Shown: positions 9,379-19,415, counted from the stretch's first letter. The stretch: DNA of 64,000 nt from Polyangiales bacterium (GCA_044229975.1 JBGARZ010000011.1:128001-192000), one strand, 5' to 3'. Notes: a model not told the origin generated them from the sequence alone. Numbers and translations are program-made.

Positions 9379-10980
9379 ATGGACGACGGTCAGTGGTGGG
9401 TGCTGCGCGAGGGGATCACCCTGGGTCCGTACGGCCTGGAGGAGCTCAGGCAGTACACGCGGCGGGGGAAGCTGTACGCGGATGACCTCGTGAGCTCGGC
9501 GGGCGAGACCGACTGGGCCCCCGCGGGCTTCGCCCCCGCGCTGAGCGACCTCTTCCCCAAGGACGGCAGCGAGGACGCCACCCTCGCGCTCGACCCCGCC
9601 CTGCGCGCGCTCGCCGCGATGGCCACGACCCCCGTCCCCGCCCGCCGCTCGTATCCCACCGAGAGCCCGCTGCGCGGCTCGACGCTGCCACCGCGCCTCC
9701 CGACCGCCGCCGCTCCCGCCACGGTCGCCGTGCCCCCGGCACCCACCCTCGATGCACCCGCGGTCCCTGCACCCGCGGTCCCTGCACCCCCTGCCCCTGC
9801 ACCCGCTGCCCCTACACCCGCGGTCCCTGCTGTCGTCGCCGCGCCCGCCGTCGCCGCTGCACCCGCGGTCGTCGCAGCGCCCGTCGCCGTGCCCGCGCCC
9901 ACCGTCTCGGCGCCCCCGCCTCCGCCGCGCGCCAACCTCGCGACGGGCCTCGTCATCGGCCTCGTCTCCTCCGTCGCCACGCTGGCCTTTCAGCGCGCCA
10001 TCGGCGGCCCGAGCCACGCGCCGCCGCCCGCCGCCGAGGCCACTGCGACGCCCGCCGTCGTCACACCGCCACCCGTCGTGGCGCCCGTCGACGCAGCCGC
10101 TACCAGCGTCGCCGCGCGCGTCACCACCGACGCGGGCGCTCGCCCCGCTGCGGCGCGAACACAGTGCGTGGGCGCCGAGGCGCTCGCTGGCGTCGGCCGA
10201 ACGCGCGCCATGCTGCGCTCCTTCGACGAGCTGATGCGCGACGCCGCTCCGCCCGCCGACCCCTTCGACTACGACGCGCTGGCCACCACCTGTCTCACCA
10301 CCGTGGCGCGCGCCAACGACCGCTCGCGCGCCTCGCTCGACGCGGCGCGGGCGGCCGAGGCGCTGCGGGTGCGACGCGCGGCCGAGGCCCAGCAGCAGGT
10401 GCGCGCGCAGCAGTGGCGCGCGATGGCCTTCACCTGGGACGCGGCGTGGCGAACGCGCGTGGTGACCCGCCCGGCGTCGTACGGCTGCTACGACAGCGGC
10501 TGGGGCGACGAGCGGCAGGACGAGTGCGCGGGCGAGTGGCGGCAGCGCTCCCCGGCGGTCAACACCTCGGTGTACATGCTCAACGGGGTGGTCACCGAGC
10601 CCGAGCTCCAGCGACGCTGCGACGCGGCGACGGGGGTGCGCCCGGCGGCGGAGCAGTTCTGCGAGGTGCTCGACGCCGTGCTCGGCGCGCAACGGCTGAC
10701 GGTGACCTGCGCGGGCGACGATGGTGCGGCGGCGTACGATCTGTGGCTGCCGCGTGAGCTGGGCGTGGCGACGACGGGCGCCCTGGCGGGTGTGATGGTC
10801 GGCGATGTGTTGCGCGTGACGGGCCACGGGGTGATCAAGCGCGAGGCGGTCACCACGGCGGGTGCTCCGCGCGGCGCCGAGCGGTGGACCTTCGAGGAGG
10901 TCCCCGCGACGGGCGTGACCATCGCCGACCACACGCGGTGCTGCGCGCTCACCGAGCGCACGGCGACGCCGCCGCGGTAG
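9379..10980 (+). CDS. GYF_2 (DUF4339) domain membrane protein with Pro/Ala linker and Cys-containing C-terminal domain
   Basis: WWV.REG...GPY.LEEL.....G.L...DLV...G..DW; TM segment near LVIGLVSSVATLAF. Confidence 0.75.
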   Translation: MDDGQWWVLREGITLGPYGLEELRQYTRRGKLYADDLVSSAGETDWAPAGFAPALSDLFPKDGSEDATLALDPALRALAAMATTPVPARRSYPTESPLRGSTLPPRLPTAAAPATVAVPPAPTLDAPAVPAPAVPAPPAPAPAAPTPAVPAVVAAPAVAAAPAVVAAPVAVPAPTVSAPPPPPRANLATGLVIGLVSSVATLAFQRAIGGPSHAPPPAAEATATPAVVTPPPVVAPVDAAATSVAARVTTDAGARPAAARTQCVGAEALAGVGRTRAMLRSFDELMRDAAPPADPFDYDALATTCLTTVARANDRSRASLDAARAAEALRVRRAAEAQQQVRAQQWRAMAFTWDAAWRTRVVTRPASYGCYDSGWGDERQDECAGEWRQRSPAVNTSVYMLNGVVTEPELQRRCDAATGVRPAAEQFCEVLDAVLGAQRLTVTCAGDDGAAAYDLWLPRELGVATTGALAGVMVGDVLRVTGHGVIKREAVTTAGAPRGAERWTFEEVPATGVTIADHTRCCALTERTATPPR

Positions 10981-10989
10981 CTCGGTCTC

Positions 10990-11071
10990 TGCTGCGCCGC
11001 AACAATCGGCCGTTGACCGCGGTCTGAGGTCGCGGCTACGAAGGTTGCGCGGTCGATGCTGCGCCGCACAA
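10990..11071. promoter_or_regulatory. Two TGCTGCGCCGCA boxes (PhaR-like operator) upstream of hydrolase-bdhA
   Basis: Identical 12-mers at 10990-11001 and 11057-11068 in the intergenic region. Confidence 0.45.
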
Positions 11072-11119
11072 CATCCACCGCCCCGGAGGCTCTGCTACCC
11101 AGTGCCAGAACAAGCCCGC

Positions 11120-11938
11120 GTGATCGAGCTCGACCTCCCCTCGGGGCGCCTTCGCGCGCACCGCTTCGGGCCCGATGGGGGGAGGCTCACCCTCTGCGTG
11201 CACGGGCTCTCCGCCAACTCGCGCAGCTACGACTTCCTCGGCCCCGAGCTCGCGGCGCAGGGTCGCTCCGTCGTCGCCATCGACCTCCGCGGCCGCGGCT
11301 GGAGCGCCATCACCGGCCGCGGAACCTACGGCTGGCACCACCACGCCCGCGACGTCCTCGACGCCGCGAGCGCCCTCGGCGCCGAGCGCTTCGACTATGT
11401 CGGTCACTCGATGGGGGCGTTCATCGGGCTGGAGCTCGCCCGCCAGGCCGCGGGCCGCGTCGAGCGCACCGTGCTCATCGACGCGCTCGGCATCCCGGAG
11501 CCCGCGTCGCTCATCCCCATCCTCGCCGCCGTGCAGCGCCTCGGCTCGCTGCACGCCGACGCCGACGCCTACGTGAGCGCCGTTCGCAGCCTCGGAACCG
11601 TCACCCCCTGGGGCCCCGTCTGGGAATCCCACTACCGCTACGACCTCATCCCGGTGGAGGGCGGCGTGCGTCCGCGCACCGACCGCGCCGCCGTCTTCGA
11701 AGACATGACCTACGCGTCCACGCAGGTTCCGCGGGCGCTCTGGCCCTCGCTCACCATGCCGACGCTGCTGGTGCGCGCGGGCATTCCTCTCGGGGCAGGC
11801 TTCATCGTCAGCGCGGGTGATCGGGAGGACTTCCTGCGACGCGTCCCCCACTCGCAGGCGGTCGACGTCGACGCCAACCACTACGGCATCATGACCCACC
11901 CGGCGACCGCGGCCGCCATTCGGAGCTTCCTGCCATGA
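11120..11938 (+). CDS. Alpha/beta hydrolase
   Basis: VHGL, DLRGRG.S, GHSMG nucleophile elbow, catalytic H in ANHYG. Confidence 0.9.
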   Translation: MIELDLPSGRLRAHRFGPDGGRLTLCVHGLSANSRSYDFLGPELAAQGRSVVAIDLRGRGWSAITGRGTYGWHHHARDVLDAASALGAERFDYVGHSMGAFIGLELARQAAGRVERTVLIDALGIPEPASLIPILAAVQRLGSLHADADAYVSAVRSLGTVTPWGPVWESHYRYDLIPVEGGVRPRTDRAAVFEDMTYASTQVPRALWPSLTMPTLLVRAGIPLGAGFIVSAGDREDFLRRVPHSQAVDVDANHYGIMTHPATAAAIRSFLP

Positions 11939-12705
11939 GCGAAGGATTTCTCACCGGGCGCACCGCCCTCGTCACGGGCGCCGCGTCGGGCATCGGTCTC
12001 GCCATCGCGCGCGAGTTCTCCAGCGAAGGCGCGACGGTGATTCTCAGCGACGTGTCGGCCGAGGCGCTGGCGGCGATCGTGGCGACGCTGCCGGGATCGC
12101 GCGCGGTGCCGGCCGACCTCTCGCGGCGCGACGACGTGAAGCGCCTCGCGCGTGAGGCGGGCGCGGTCGACCTGCTGGTCAACAACGCCGGGCTCCAGTC
12201 GGTGAGCCCCATCGAAGACTTCGACGAAGCGAAGTGGGACCTCTTGCAGGCCGTGATGCTCACGGCGCCCTTCCTGCTCATCAAGGCGCTGATTCCAGGG
12301 ATGTACGAGCGCGGGTGGGGGCGCGTTCTCAACGTGGGGTCGGTGCACAGCCTCATCGCGTCGCCCTTCAAGTCGGCGTACGTGTCGGCCAAGCACGGGC
12401 TCGTCGGGCTGACCAAGACCGTCGCGCTGGAGGCGGCCACGCGCTCGCATCAGGTGACCGTCAACGCGCTGTGCCCGTCGTACGTGCGGACGCCGCTGGT
12501 GGAGAAGCAGATCGCCGATCAGGCCCGCGTGCACGGGGTGCCGGAGTCGGAGGTGGTGGGCAAGATCCTGCTGACGCAGAACGCGCAGAAGCGGTTGATC
12601 GAGCCCGCCGAGGTGGGGAAGTACGCGGCGTTTCTGTGCCGCGACGAGGCGTGGTCGATCACGGGCACGGCCGTGACGATGGACGCCGGCTGGCTCGCGC
12701 ACTGA
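11935..12705 (+). CDS. bdhA: 3-hydroxybutyrate dehydrogenase (SDR)
   Basis: TGAASGIG, NNAGLQ.V.PIEDF, SVH.L.ASPFKSAYVSAKHG, CP.YVRTPLVEKQI. Confidence 0.88.
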   Translation: MSEGFLTGRTALVTGAASGIGLAIAREFSSEGATVILSDVSAEALAAIVATLPGSRAVPADLSRRDDVKRLAREAGAVDLLVNNAGLQSVSPIEDFDEAKWDLLQAVMLTAPFLLIKALIPGMYERGWGRVLNVGSVHSLIASPFKSAYVSAKHGLVGLTKTVALEAATRSHQVTVNALCPSYVRTPLVEKQIADQARVHGVPESEVVGKILLTQNAQKRLIEPAEVGKYAAFLCRDEAWSITGTAVTMDAGWLAH

Positions 12706-12726
12706 AGGGGCGCGAGGCCGTGGCGG

Positions 12727-13710
12727 TCAGGGCGTCGGCGGCCGCGGGTCGGTGAGCGCGAGCTTGCGCGCCGCCTCGAAGCGGCTCTTGTAGAAGGGCT
12801 TGAGCACGGGCTTCCGCGTGCCGCGCGCGTTGGCGATCGTCTCCATCAGCTCGGCGGCGTCGCGCCCGAGGGCCTCGACGACGTCCAGCGCGACCACCGC
12901 GCCGTGGAGGTCGAGCACCATCGCGTAGCGGGCCACGAACTCCCGGGCCAGCGCGAGGTCGGTCATCGACCCGAGGATCTTTCCGTAGTGGGTGAAGGCC
13001 GACGTCGCCAGCGCCTCACGCGCGAGCTCGTGCGCCAGCGACGGATCGCGCGCCAGGACGTAGGCGACCTCCGCGCGCTCTCCGCGCAGCTCGTGGGCTT
13101 CGACGCCCGTGTCGTGTCGGCGCAGCCAGTCCAGGGCCTCGGCGTGGGCCTGCGCGAAGTCCGCCTCGGGCAGCGCAAACATCAGCCGTCGTAGCTCGAT
13201 GGTGAGGTGCTCGCTGAGACCGCCCCAGCGGTGCGAGCGGGTGCTCGATCCGTCGGGCGGACCGATCAGCGTGCGGCGCAGGCCGGTGGTGGAGATCGAC
13301 CACGGCTGCGGCGAGAGCAGCACGTCGAAGACGAAGCCGAGGCCCGCGGTGCCGACCCAGAAGGCCACCAGGGCCCGGTAGGCCGGGTCGACCACGTCGG
13401 TGATCGGGTGCGTGTGCAGCAGGGTCGCGCGCAGCCGCTCGGTCATCGGGTCGAGCGTCGCGGGCGCGGCGCCGGACGCGTAGCCCTCGGCGATCGGGGC
13501 GTACAGCGCCTCGGCCCCGGCGTTGCCGAGTTTCAGCGGGCCGCAAAGGGCGTCCTCGGCGCGCTCGACGTCGAGCAGCCGCGCCCACCCCTCCTCGCGG
13601 GTGCGAGGCGGCGGCGGCGGGTCGAGCGGGTGCGGGCGACGCGAGCCCACGAGCGCGAGGCGCTGGGCGGGCTTCCAGACGGGACCGGGCGGGGCGACGG
13701 GTTTGGGCAT
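12727..13710 (-). CDS. Hypothetical all-helical protein; loosely resembles regions upstream of DUF4132 domains
   Basis: 327-aa ORF with coding-like codon usage; family resemblance weak. Confidence 0.55.
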   Translation of the reverse strand: MPKPVAPPGPVWKPAQRLALVGSRRPHPLDPPPPPRTREEGWARLLDVERAEDALCGPLKLGNAGAEALYAPIAEGYASGAAPATLDPMTERLRATLLHTHPITDVVDPAYRALVAFWVGTAGLGFVFDVLLSPQPWSISTTGLRRTLIGPPDGSSTRSHRWGGLSEHLTIELRRLMFALPEADFAQAHAEALDWLRRHDTGVEAHELRGERAEVAYVLARDPSLAHELAREALATSAFTHYGKILGSMTDLALAREFVARYAMVLDLHGAVVALDVVEALGRDAAELMETIANARGTRKPVLKPFYKSRFEAARKLALTDPRPPTP

Positions 13711-13747
13711 TGGGGTTCGTGGACCTTTGGAGGTGAAGCGAGAGGCA

Positions 13748-14680
13748 TCAGCCCGGTGGCGGGGTGAACACCGCGCGGTCGCGGCTCACGAGATACTCCT
13801 GACAGCGCAGTTGCAGGGCATCGGCCTGCGAGCGGTCCTTCGCGTGCAACGCCGTGTAGGCGCGGGCACAGGCGCAGAAATACATCTTCGACGCGGTGAA
13901 GCCCTGGACGACTCCATCGAGACGTTGCTTCTCGGCGCCGATGGCGGACGCGCGCTCTTCGAGTTTGCCCCACAGCAGCGTGATCAAGATCGCGCGCTGG
14001 AGCATCAGGTCGCTGCGGGTGTCGAGCGCGAAGAAGTCGATGCACACCCTCGCCCGCAGATGCTCGTACCCGGACTTCTTGCGCGCGAAGGGCAGCGGGC
14101 CCACCCAGCCGAGCACCTCCTCGGGGTCTTCGACGTTCTCGCCGATCCCGAGCATCAGCAACGGACGCTCGTGGGCGTCGAGAGCGGCGTGCTTGATCAG
14201 CGACTTCTTCGTGGCGCCCGCGATCGGGAAGCTGTCGCTCTTGTGCCCCGAGTTGCACGTCTTGCACGAGAGCCCGTAGTTGTCCGGGTCGAACGCGAGG
14301 CGGACATACCCGGCGCTCTCGCCCGCGTTGATCTCGTCGTCGTAGTCGATCTTTCGCTGCGCCTTGACCGCCGCGGTCGGCCAGTCCTTCACCCGGTTCT
14401 TCGGGCGGTAGTGCTCCACGTCGTACTCGACGGCGCCCTTGCCGAACCCCGCCTCGCCGTCGACCTCCTCCTGCGGCATGGGCTTCTCGCAGTAGACGCA
14501 CTTGTAGAACTGTAGCCGCGCATACACCGCCTTGATCTCGCTCCAGATCCCGTCGTCCTCGTCGACGTGACCCTTCTTGCGAACTTCGATGGTCTTCTCG
14601 CGGGCCCGCTCCAGCCAACCGGCCTTGTGCGCTTCGATCTCTTCTCGCAGCGCCTTGGAGGTCACCGCGTATCGAATCAT
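13748..14680 (-). CDS. HNH endonuclease (PtuB/TIGR02646-like), partner of upstream ATPase
   Basis: KCVYCE...VEHYRPK...LAF...NY.LSC..CN...K.D.FP...PLL; ATGA overlap with the ATPase stop. Confidence 0.8.
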   Translation of the reverse strand: MIRYAVTSKALREEIEAHKAGWLERAREKTIEVRKKGHVDEDDGIWSEIKAVYARLQFYKCVYCEKPMPQEEVDGEAGFGKGAVEYDVEHYRPKNRVKDWPTAAVKAQRKIDYDDEINAGESAGYVRLAFDPDNYGLSCKTCNSGHKSDSFPIAGATKKSLIKHAALDAHERPLLMLGIGENVEDPEEVLGWVGPLPFARKKSGYEHLRARVCIDFFALDTRSDLMLQRAILITLLWGKLEERASAIGAEKQRLDGVVQGFTASKMYFCACARAYTALHAKDRSQADALQLRCQEYLVSRDRAVFTPPPG

Positions 14681-16089
14681 CGACCGACCCCAGCGGCCGC
14701 GCGCTTCGCAGGCTTCTTCGCGGCCGACTTCTTCGCAGCGGGCTTCTTCTTCGCGGGAGCCTTTCGTGGCTTACGACGCGATGGCTCGGACACCATCGGC
14801 GGTGCTTCGCCCGCGGCGTCACCCAGCGAGAGCAGCCTCATGAGGTGCATGGCCGCCTCGGCGTCCCCGTTGCGCGCCTGCTGCGACGCCTCCTGGAGCT
14901 TCTCGACGAAGGCGGGCGCGCGCGTGCTCTCCAGCCCGAAGGTGTCGCCGGTGAGAAGCTGCTCGGCTCCGAGACCGAAGGTCTCCGCGCCAGGGCGTTC
15001 GACGACGGTCCTGCGAACGCCGTCGCCCTCGTCCACGTCGGACAACACCAGTACGTTCTCGCGGTGCAGCGACCCGACCACGAGCGGGCTGTGCGTCGAG
15101 AAGATGAACTGCATGTGCGGCAGCGCGTCTGCCACGCGCGGAACCACCTCGCGCTGCCACGCGGGGTGGAGGTGCAGGTCGACCTCATCGATCAAGACGA
15201 TCCCCGTGGTCTGATCGAGCTGATGGTTTGGGGGAGCGCCGCGACAGATGTGGAAGAGCAGATCGGCGAACCAGCCGATGAAGGAGCGGTACCCGTCGGA
15301 GAGCGCGGAGAGCGGCAGCGAGGAGCCGCGCAGCGAGAAGAGGTAGTCGCCGTCGTTGGGCTCCGGGTCGATCGCCGCGTCGGGCAGCACCTTGTTGATG
15401 AGTTCGATGACCTGCTGGTGCCGCCCGGGGTTCTCGCTCCTCAAACGTGGCAGCCACGAGGCGACGGGGACGAGCGCGACGCTCTCCTCGAACAGCCCCG
15501 CGATGCGGTCGTAGCGGAGGGCGCGGCGCTTGTAGCGCGACTCGGTATCCGCGTGGTTCTGCGACTCGACACGACGGTCGGCGCCGTAGCCCACCACCAA
15601 CGCAGCGCCGGAACGATCGTCGAAAAGGGACTCGGCGAAGTCTCGACCGATGCGGTCCGTGGGTGGTGGCGTGAGGCCGCTCGCGATGCGGTCATTGAAC
15701 GAACTGCCCGGCCGGAGCAGGAGTTCGAAGGTGATGTCGCCGATCTCCTTCTCCTTGCCCACAAACGCCGGATTGTCCTGTCGCGGATACAGCGAGAACG
15801 AACCTCGAACGGACGCGGCGGGTGCTGGGACCCCTTTGACTCGACGCACGAGGCTGTACGGCACGAAGCCCGAGCCAGAAAGCAGAACCGGCGCCATCGC
15901 CGCCATCGCGATGGCCCGCAGCACGGTGGTCTTCCCCGAGCCGTTGTTGCCGAGCAGCACGGTGAGGTTGTCGCGAGACCCGTCCGTCGACGATGGAGCA
16001 ACCGCGCCCGGGAGCCGAGGCGCCTTCAGCGCGATGGACTCCGACGCGATCGTCCGAAGGTTCTCGATGGTGATCTTGGTGACGTACAT
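14677..16089 (-). CDS. ABC-type AAA ATPase (AAA_21/PtuA-like) with Lys/Ala-rich tail
   Basis: Walker A GNNGSGKT, signature LSDGY, Walker B LIDEVDLHLHP.WQ, H-loop STHSP. Confidence 0.88.
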   Translation of the reverse strand: MYVTKITIENLRTIASESIALKAPRLPGAVAPSSTDGSRDNLTVLLGNNGSGKTTVLRAIAMAAMAPVLLSGSGFVPYSLVRRVKGVPAPAASVRGSFSLYPRQDNPAFVGKEKEIGDITFELLLRPGSSFNDRIASGLTPPPTDRIGRDFAESLFDDRSGAALVVGYGADRRVESQNHADTESRYKRRALRYDRIAGLFEESVALVPVASWLPRLRSENPGRHQQVIELINKVLPDAAIDPEPNDGDYLFSLRGSSLPLSALSDGYRSFIGWFADLLFHICRGAPPNHQLDQTTGIVLIDEVDLHLHPAWQREVVPRVADALPHMQFIFSTHSPLVVGSLHRENVLVLSDVDEGDGVRRTVVERPGAETFGLGAEQLLTGDTFGLESTRAPAFVEKLQEASQQARNGDAEAAMHLMRLLSLGDAAGEAPPMVSEPSRRKPRKAPAKKKPAAKKSAAKKPAKRAAAGVGR

Positions 16090-16136
16090 CGCGCGGGAGC
16101 ATAACCCCCACCGGACTCAACTCTCCGCCGCGTAAG

Positions 16137-17360
16137 TCAGGAGCAGCCGAAGACGATGCGCACCTGCGCGGCGGCGTCGTTGCGTACGCGCTCGCAGGCC
16201 GGGCCGTAGAACACCACCGAGCGCATGCCCGCCGAGTAGTCCCAGCCGTCGGTATGACCTGGGTCGCGCGCGACGGTCAGCGGAGCGCCGGTGGCAGAGG
16301 TCACGCCGACCGAGACCCGCGAGAAGTCGACCCGCGAGGGGTCGACGTCGATGGCGAAGTCGCAGCTCGTCGCGCGGGCGCGGATGTCGTCGAGGGCGCG
16401 GGTGAGGTCGGCCTCGAAGGTGCTGGTCTCCAGGCGGTAGTGACAGGTGTTGGTCGCCTGGCAGCCGGGCGCGCGCGGCTGATTGCCCGTGTACGCCAGG
16501 TCGGAGAGGAACACGTCCGACGCCTCGGGCGTGCCCGCGATGAAGTACCCGATGGGCGGCGTTCCGCGGGCGCCGCGGGCGACCGAGACGCGCACGGCGT
16601 CGGAGGCGATGCGCTCCTGGTTCATCACGCACGCGAGGAACTCACGGATGTCGCCTGGGCCGGGCGTGCAGGTGGGGGCGCCGGTGCACTCCTGGGTGGG
16701 CGCGCCGTCGGTGATGAGGATGACGTTGCGCGAGCCGTCCATGGTGAAGGATTCGTAGTAGGAGCGCGTGCCCTCCATCGCGCAGTTCATCGGCGTGTTG
16801 CCGTCGGGCGACGAAGAGTCGAGCAGCGACTCGATGCGCGGGCGGCTCACGCTCAGCTCCTGGATCGGGATGTTGGGTGTGCCGTACGTCGCGACCGCGT
16901 CGGCCATTCCAGTGGGCGCGGGGAACAACGTGATCCCCACCCTGGTGCTGTCGTCGAGCCGCGTCAGGAGCGCGCGTAGCCCGCGGACCGCGGACGTCCA
17001 CCGAGACGGCATGCCGGTGGTCATCGAGCCCGAGCGATCGAGGACGATCAGGAGGTTCATGGGTTGGCGCCGGGCGGCGACCGTCGTGGTGCCGCAGGTC
17101 GCATCGGGCGACGCCACGTCCGGGCCGCCGTCGACCGCGGGCGCCGCATCCACGGGGGCCGTTGCCGTGTCCACGGGCGCATCGAGCGCCACTCCCGCAT
17201 CGTTGGCTACGGGCGCGTCCCCCGGCATGGCCGCACCCCGATCGACCGCAGCAGCAGCGTCGATCGGAGGCAGCAGGTTCAGCCGCTCGTGGCAACCGCT
17301 CGCCGTTGCCAGCGTCGCCAGCACCATCCACTCCGTCCAACGTCGTGCGCGCGTCCTCAT
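16137..17360 (-). CDS. VWA domain lipoprotein
   Basis: Lipobox ASGC; MIDAS DRSGS, NTP, ILITDG; myxobacterial C-terminal DGWDY...G.AC....V.IVFGC. Confidence 0.85.
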   Translation of the reverse strand: MRTRARRWTEWMVLATLATASGCHERLNLLPPIDAAAAVDRGAAMPGDAPVANDAGVALDAPVDTATAPVDAAPAVDGGPDVASPDATCGTTTVAARRQPMNLLIVLDRSGSMTTGMPSRWTSAVRGLRALLTRLDDSTRVGITLFPAPTGMADAVATYGTPNIPIQELSVSRPRIESLLDSSSPDGNTPMNCAMEGTRSYYESFTMDGSRNVILITDGAPTQECTGAPTCTPGPGDIREFLACVMNQERIASDAVRVSVARGARGTPPIGYFIAGTPEASDVFLSDLAYTGNQPRAPGCQATNTCHYRLETSTFEADLTRALDDIRARATSCDFAIDVDPSRVDFSRVSVGVTSATGAPLTVARDPGHTDGWDYSAGMRSVVFYGPACERVRNDAAAQVRIVFGCS

Positions 17361-17421
17361 CGGCGCACCCTACTGCCGCACGAGCGCCGTCACCAGCCAC
17401 GCACGCTGTGAAGCCGATGCG

Positions 17422-18084
17422 TCAGACGTCTCCTCGCATGAGCTGCCCCTGCCGTCGAAGCTCGGACGCGATGAACGGGGCGCGGTACTCCAGGTACGCC
17501 AGGTCGATGCCCCTGACACCCGGCCCGCGTCGGTACTCGTCGACGTACCGCCTCCGCTGCACACAGCAGTCTCGAATGTTGAGCAGCGGCAACGTCGCGT
17601 CGATCTTCGGGTGCTGCGCCTTCGGTGCAGCCGCGCCCCGAACAACGCGGTAGCTGGCGAGGTCCAGAGCGAACCAACCGACCTTCGCATCGACGGGGTC
17701 GACGAGACCGAGAAGCTCGCCCTTCTTCGAGTTCACGACGCCGGTGCAGAGTCTGTAGTTAGACCACTCGTACACGCGGTCCCACGCGAGCGACTTCGGA
17801 AGGACGTGGTCGACGGTCGGGCTTCCCGTCTCCTCGATGAACATCGCCAGGTACGCGCAGCGCTGCTCGTACACCTTCATCATGTCGTCGAGCGCCTCAC
17901 GCCAGAACGGCGGGAACTTGTCGCCCGGGATCGTCGACTCGGAGTCGGCGATCTTGGCGCGCCGAGGTCCACTCCGCTTGATGCGCGGCGCACGCCCCAC
18001 CAGCTCGTCGATCGCCGAGAGGCCCGGCTGACGGATCTTCGCGTCAAAGCTCTTTGGCTCCCGTGCCAGGGCGATCGGGATCAC
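17422..18084 (-). CDS. HNH-like endonuclease, partner of second ATPase
   Basis: RCAY...TVDHVLPKS....YEWSNYRL....NSKK; GTGA overlap with the ATPase stop. Confidence 0.78.
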   Translation of the reverse strand: MIPIALAREPKSFDAKIRQPGLSAIDELVGRAPRIKRSGPRRAKIADSESTIPGDKFPPFWREALDDMMKVYEQRCAYLAMFIEETGSPTVDHVLPKSLAWDRVYEWSNYRLCTGVVNSKKGELLGLVDPVDAKVGWFALDLASYRVVRGAAAPKAQHPKIDATLPLLNIRDCCVQRRRYVDEYRRGPGVRGIDLAYLEYRAPFIASELRRQGQLMRGDV

Positions 18085-19415
18085 GACCTCGGCTCCCGCT
18101 TTCCGTCGCCCCGGGCCGTGGACTTCTTCGAGGCCTTCTTCGTGTGCTGCTCCCTGAAGTAGCCCCACTGCACCCAGAACGGATCGATGTCGGGGAGGCC
18201 CGCCCTCCGAAGTCCCTGGTCTGCCTTCTCGATGGCTTTCGCCGAAGGGGCCACCGCGTCGAGGACGGCCTGGGCCGCCGCGATGGCCTGTTCTCCTTCG
18301 AGCGAACGAGGCTCCTTCAGGTCAAACGCCTCGCTCACGAGCCAGTTTCCGATTTCGCCGTGGCGGATGAACGGACGCTTCCTGAGCACGACCTGCTTCT
18401 TCTCGAGGTCCAGGTCGAACCACGCGTCCTGGTCGACGTCGAAGACGGGCTCCACCGAGGCGAGCACGAGGGGCGAGTGCGTCGCCGCGATGAGCTGAAG
18501 CCGAACGTCCTTGCCAAGCGCTCGGAGCAGGCTGGGGAGGATGGTCCGTTGCCACTTCGGGTGGAGGTGGCCTTCGACCTCGTCGACGAGCAACACCAGC
18601 GAGTCGTTCGGTGCGCGCTTCTTGAGCGACGCGGCGACCCTGTGTTCGCGCCATGCCCACACCACCAGGTACGCGAGCCCCAGGATACGCCGCATCCCTG
18701 CTGGTGCGTGGGCCACCGGGAGTTCACCGGCGGGGCCCTGGAGGAAGGGAAAGTCGCGCGCGTCGTCGACGTAGACGCGCCCGACCTTGCGCGTCAGGCG
18801 AAACGACTGCTCGTCGGCAAGGTCTCCCACCAACGCGGCGAGGCGCTCGAACTCGACGCTGTCGGGTTCCACCGCCCAGCGAACGACGTCTCGCACGAGG
18901 CCCTCACAGATGCGGGCCGCCCTGTCGTCACCGTCCAACGCGAGGCCATCCCAGACCTGCGCTTCGTTGAACTGGAACGCGTTGCTCCGCCCCCATGCCG
19001 CCCGCCGTGACGGGAGGCGGAAGGCCTCACCAGCACGGAGCGGATCATGGACCGAGATGCCACCGTCGACCCGGACGTAGACGACGAGCCCGCCTCCGTA
19101 TTGGTCCTGTCGAGGATGCTCAGCAAGCGTGGTCGTCTTCCAGGCCGAGCCGTCAAAGTCGTACCGAGCCTGGGCTTCGATCGCGACACCGCCGCGGCGC
19201 TCGACCCATTCAATCGCGGCATCCTCCCTCTCAGGAACGGCACCCTTGCCGGACCAGGTCGCGGGCCACGTCCGGGTCAGCGCCCACCATGCGCTGTCGA
19301 GGAGGAGCGTCTTCCCGAGGCCGTTGTCGCCGGTGATGAGGTTGAGCCGCGGCGCGAGGTCCAGCGTCATCTCGGGTGCAGGTCCGACGCCCCGGAGGTG
19401 GAGAGACTCAAGCAT
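18081..19415 (-). CDS. ABC-type AAA ATPase (AAA_21 family)
   Basis: GDNGLGKT, variant signature APAGMRR, LVDEVEGHLHPKWQ, ATHSP. Confidence 0.88.
   Translation of the reverse strand: MLESLHLRGVGPAPEMTLDLAPRLNLITGDNGLGKTLLLDSAWWALTRTWPATWSGKGAVPEREDAAIEWVERRGGVAIEAQARYDFDGSAWKTTTLAEHPRQDQYGGGLVVYVRVDGGISVHDPLRAGEAFRLPSRRAAWGRSNAFQFNEAQVWDGLALDGDDRAARICEGLVRDVVRWAVEPDSVEFERLAALVGDLADEQSFRLTRKVGRVYVDDARDFPFLQGPAGELPVAHAPAGMRRILGLAYLVVWAWREHRVAASLKKRAPNDSLVLLVDEVEGHLHPKWQRTILPSLLRALGKDVRLQLIAATHSPLVLASVEPVFDVDQDAWFDLDLEKKQVVLRKRPFIRHGEIGNWLVSEAFDLKEPRSLEGEQAIAAAQAVLDAVAPSAKAIEKADQGLRRAGLPDIDPFWVQWGYFREQHTKKASKKSTARGDGKREPRS

Noticed and set aside
13748..19415. Retron (type I-A) interpretation of the ATPase-HNH pairs
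   Set aside because: No reverse transcriptase ORF, and no msr/msd-sized structured intergenic region recognised.
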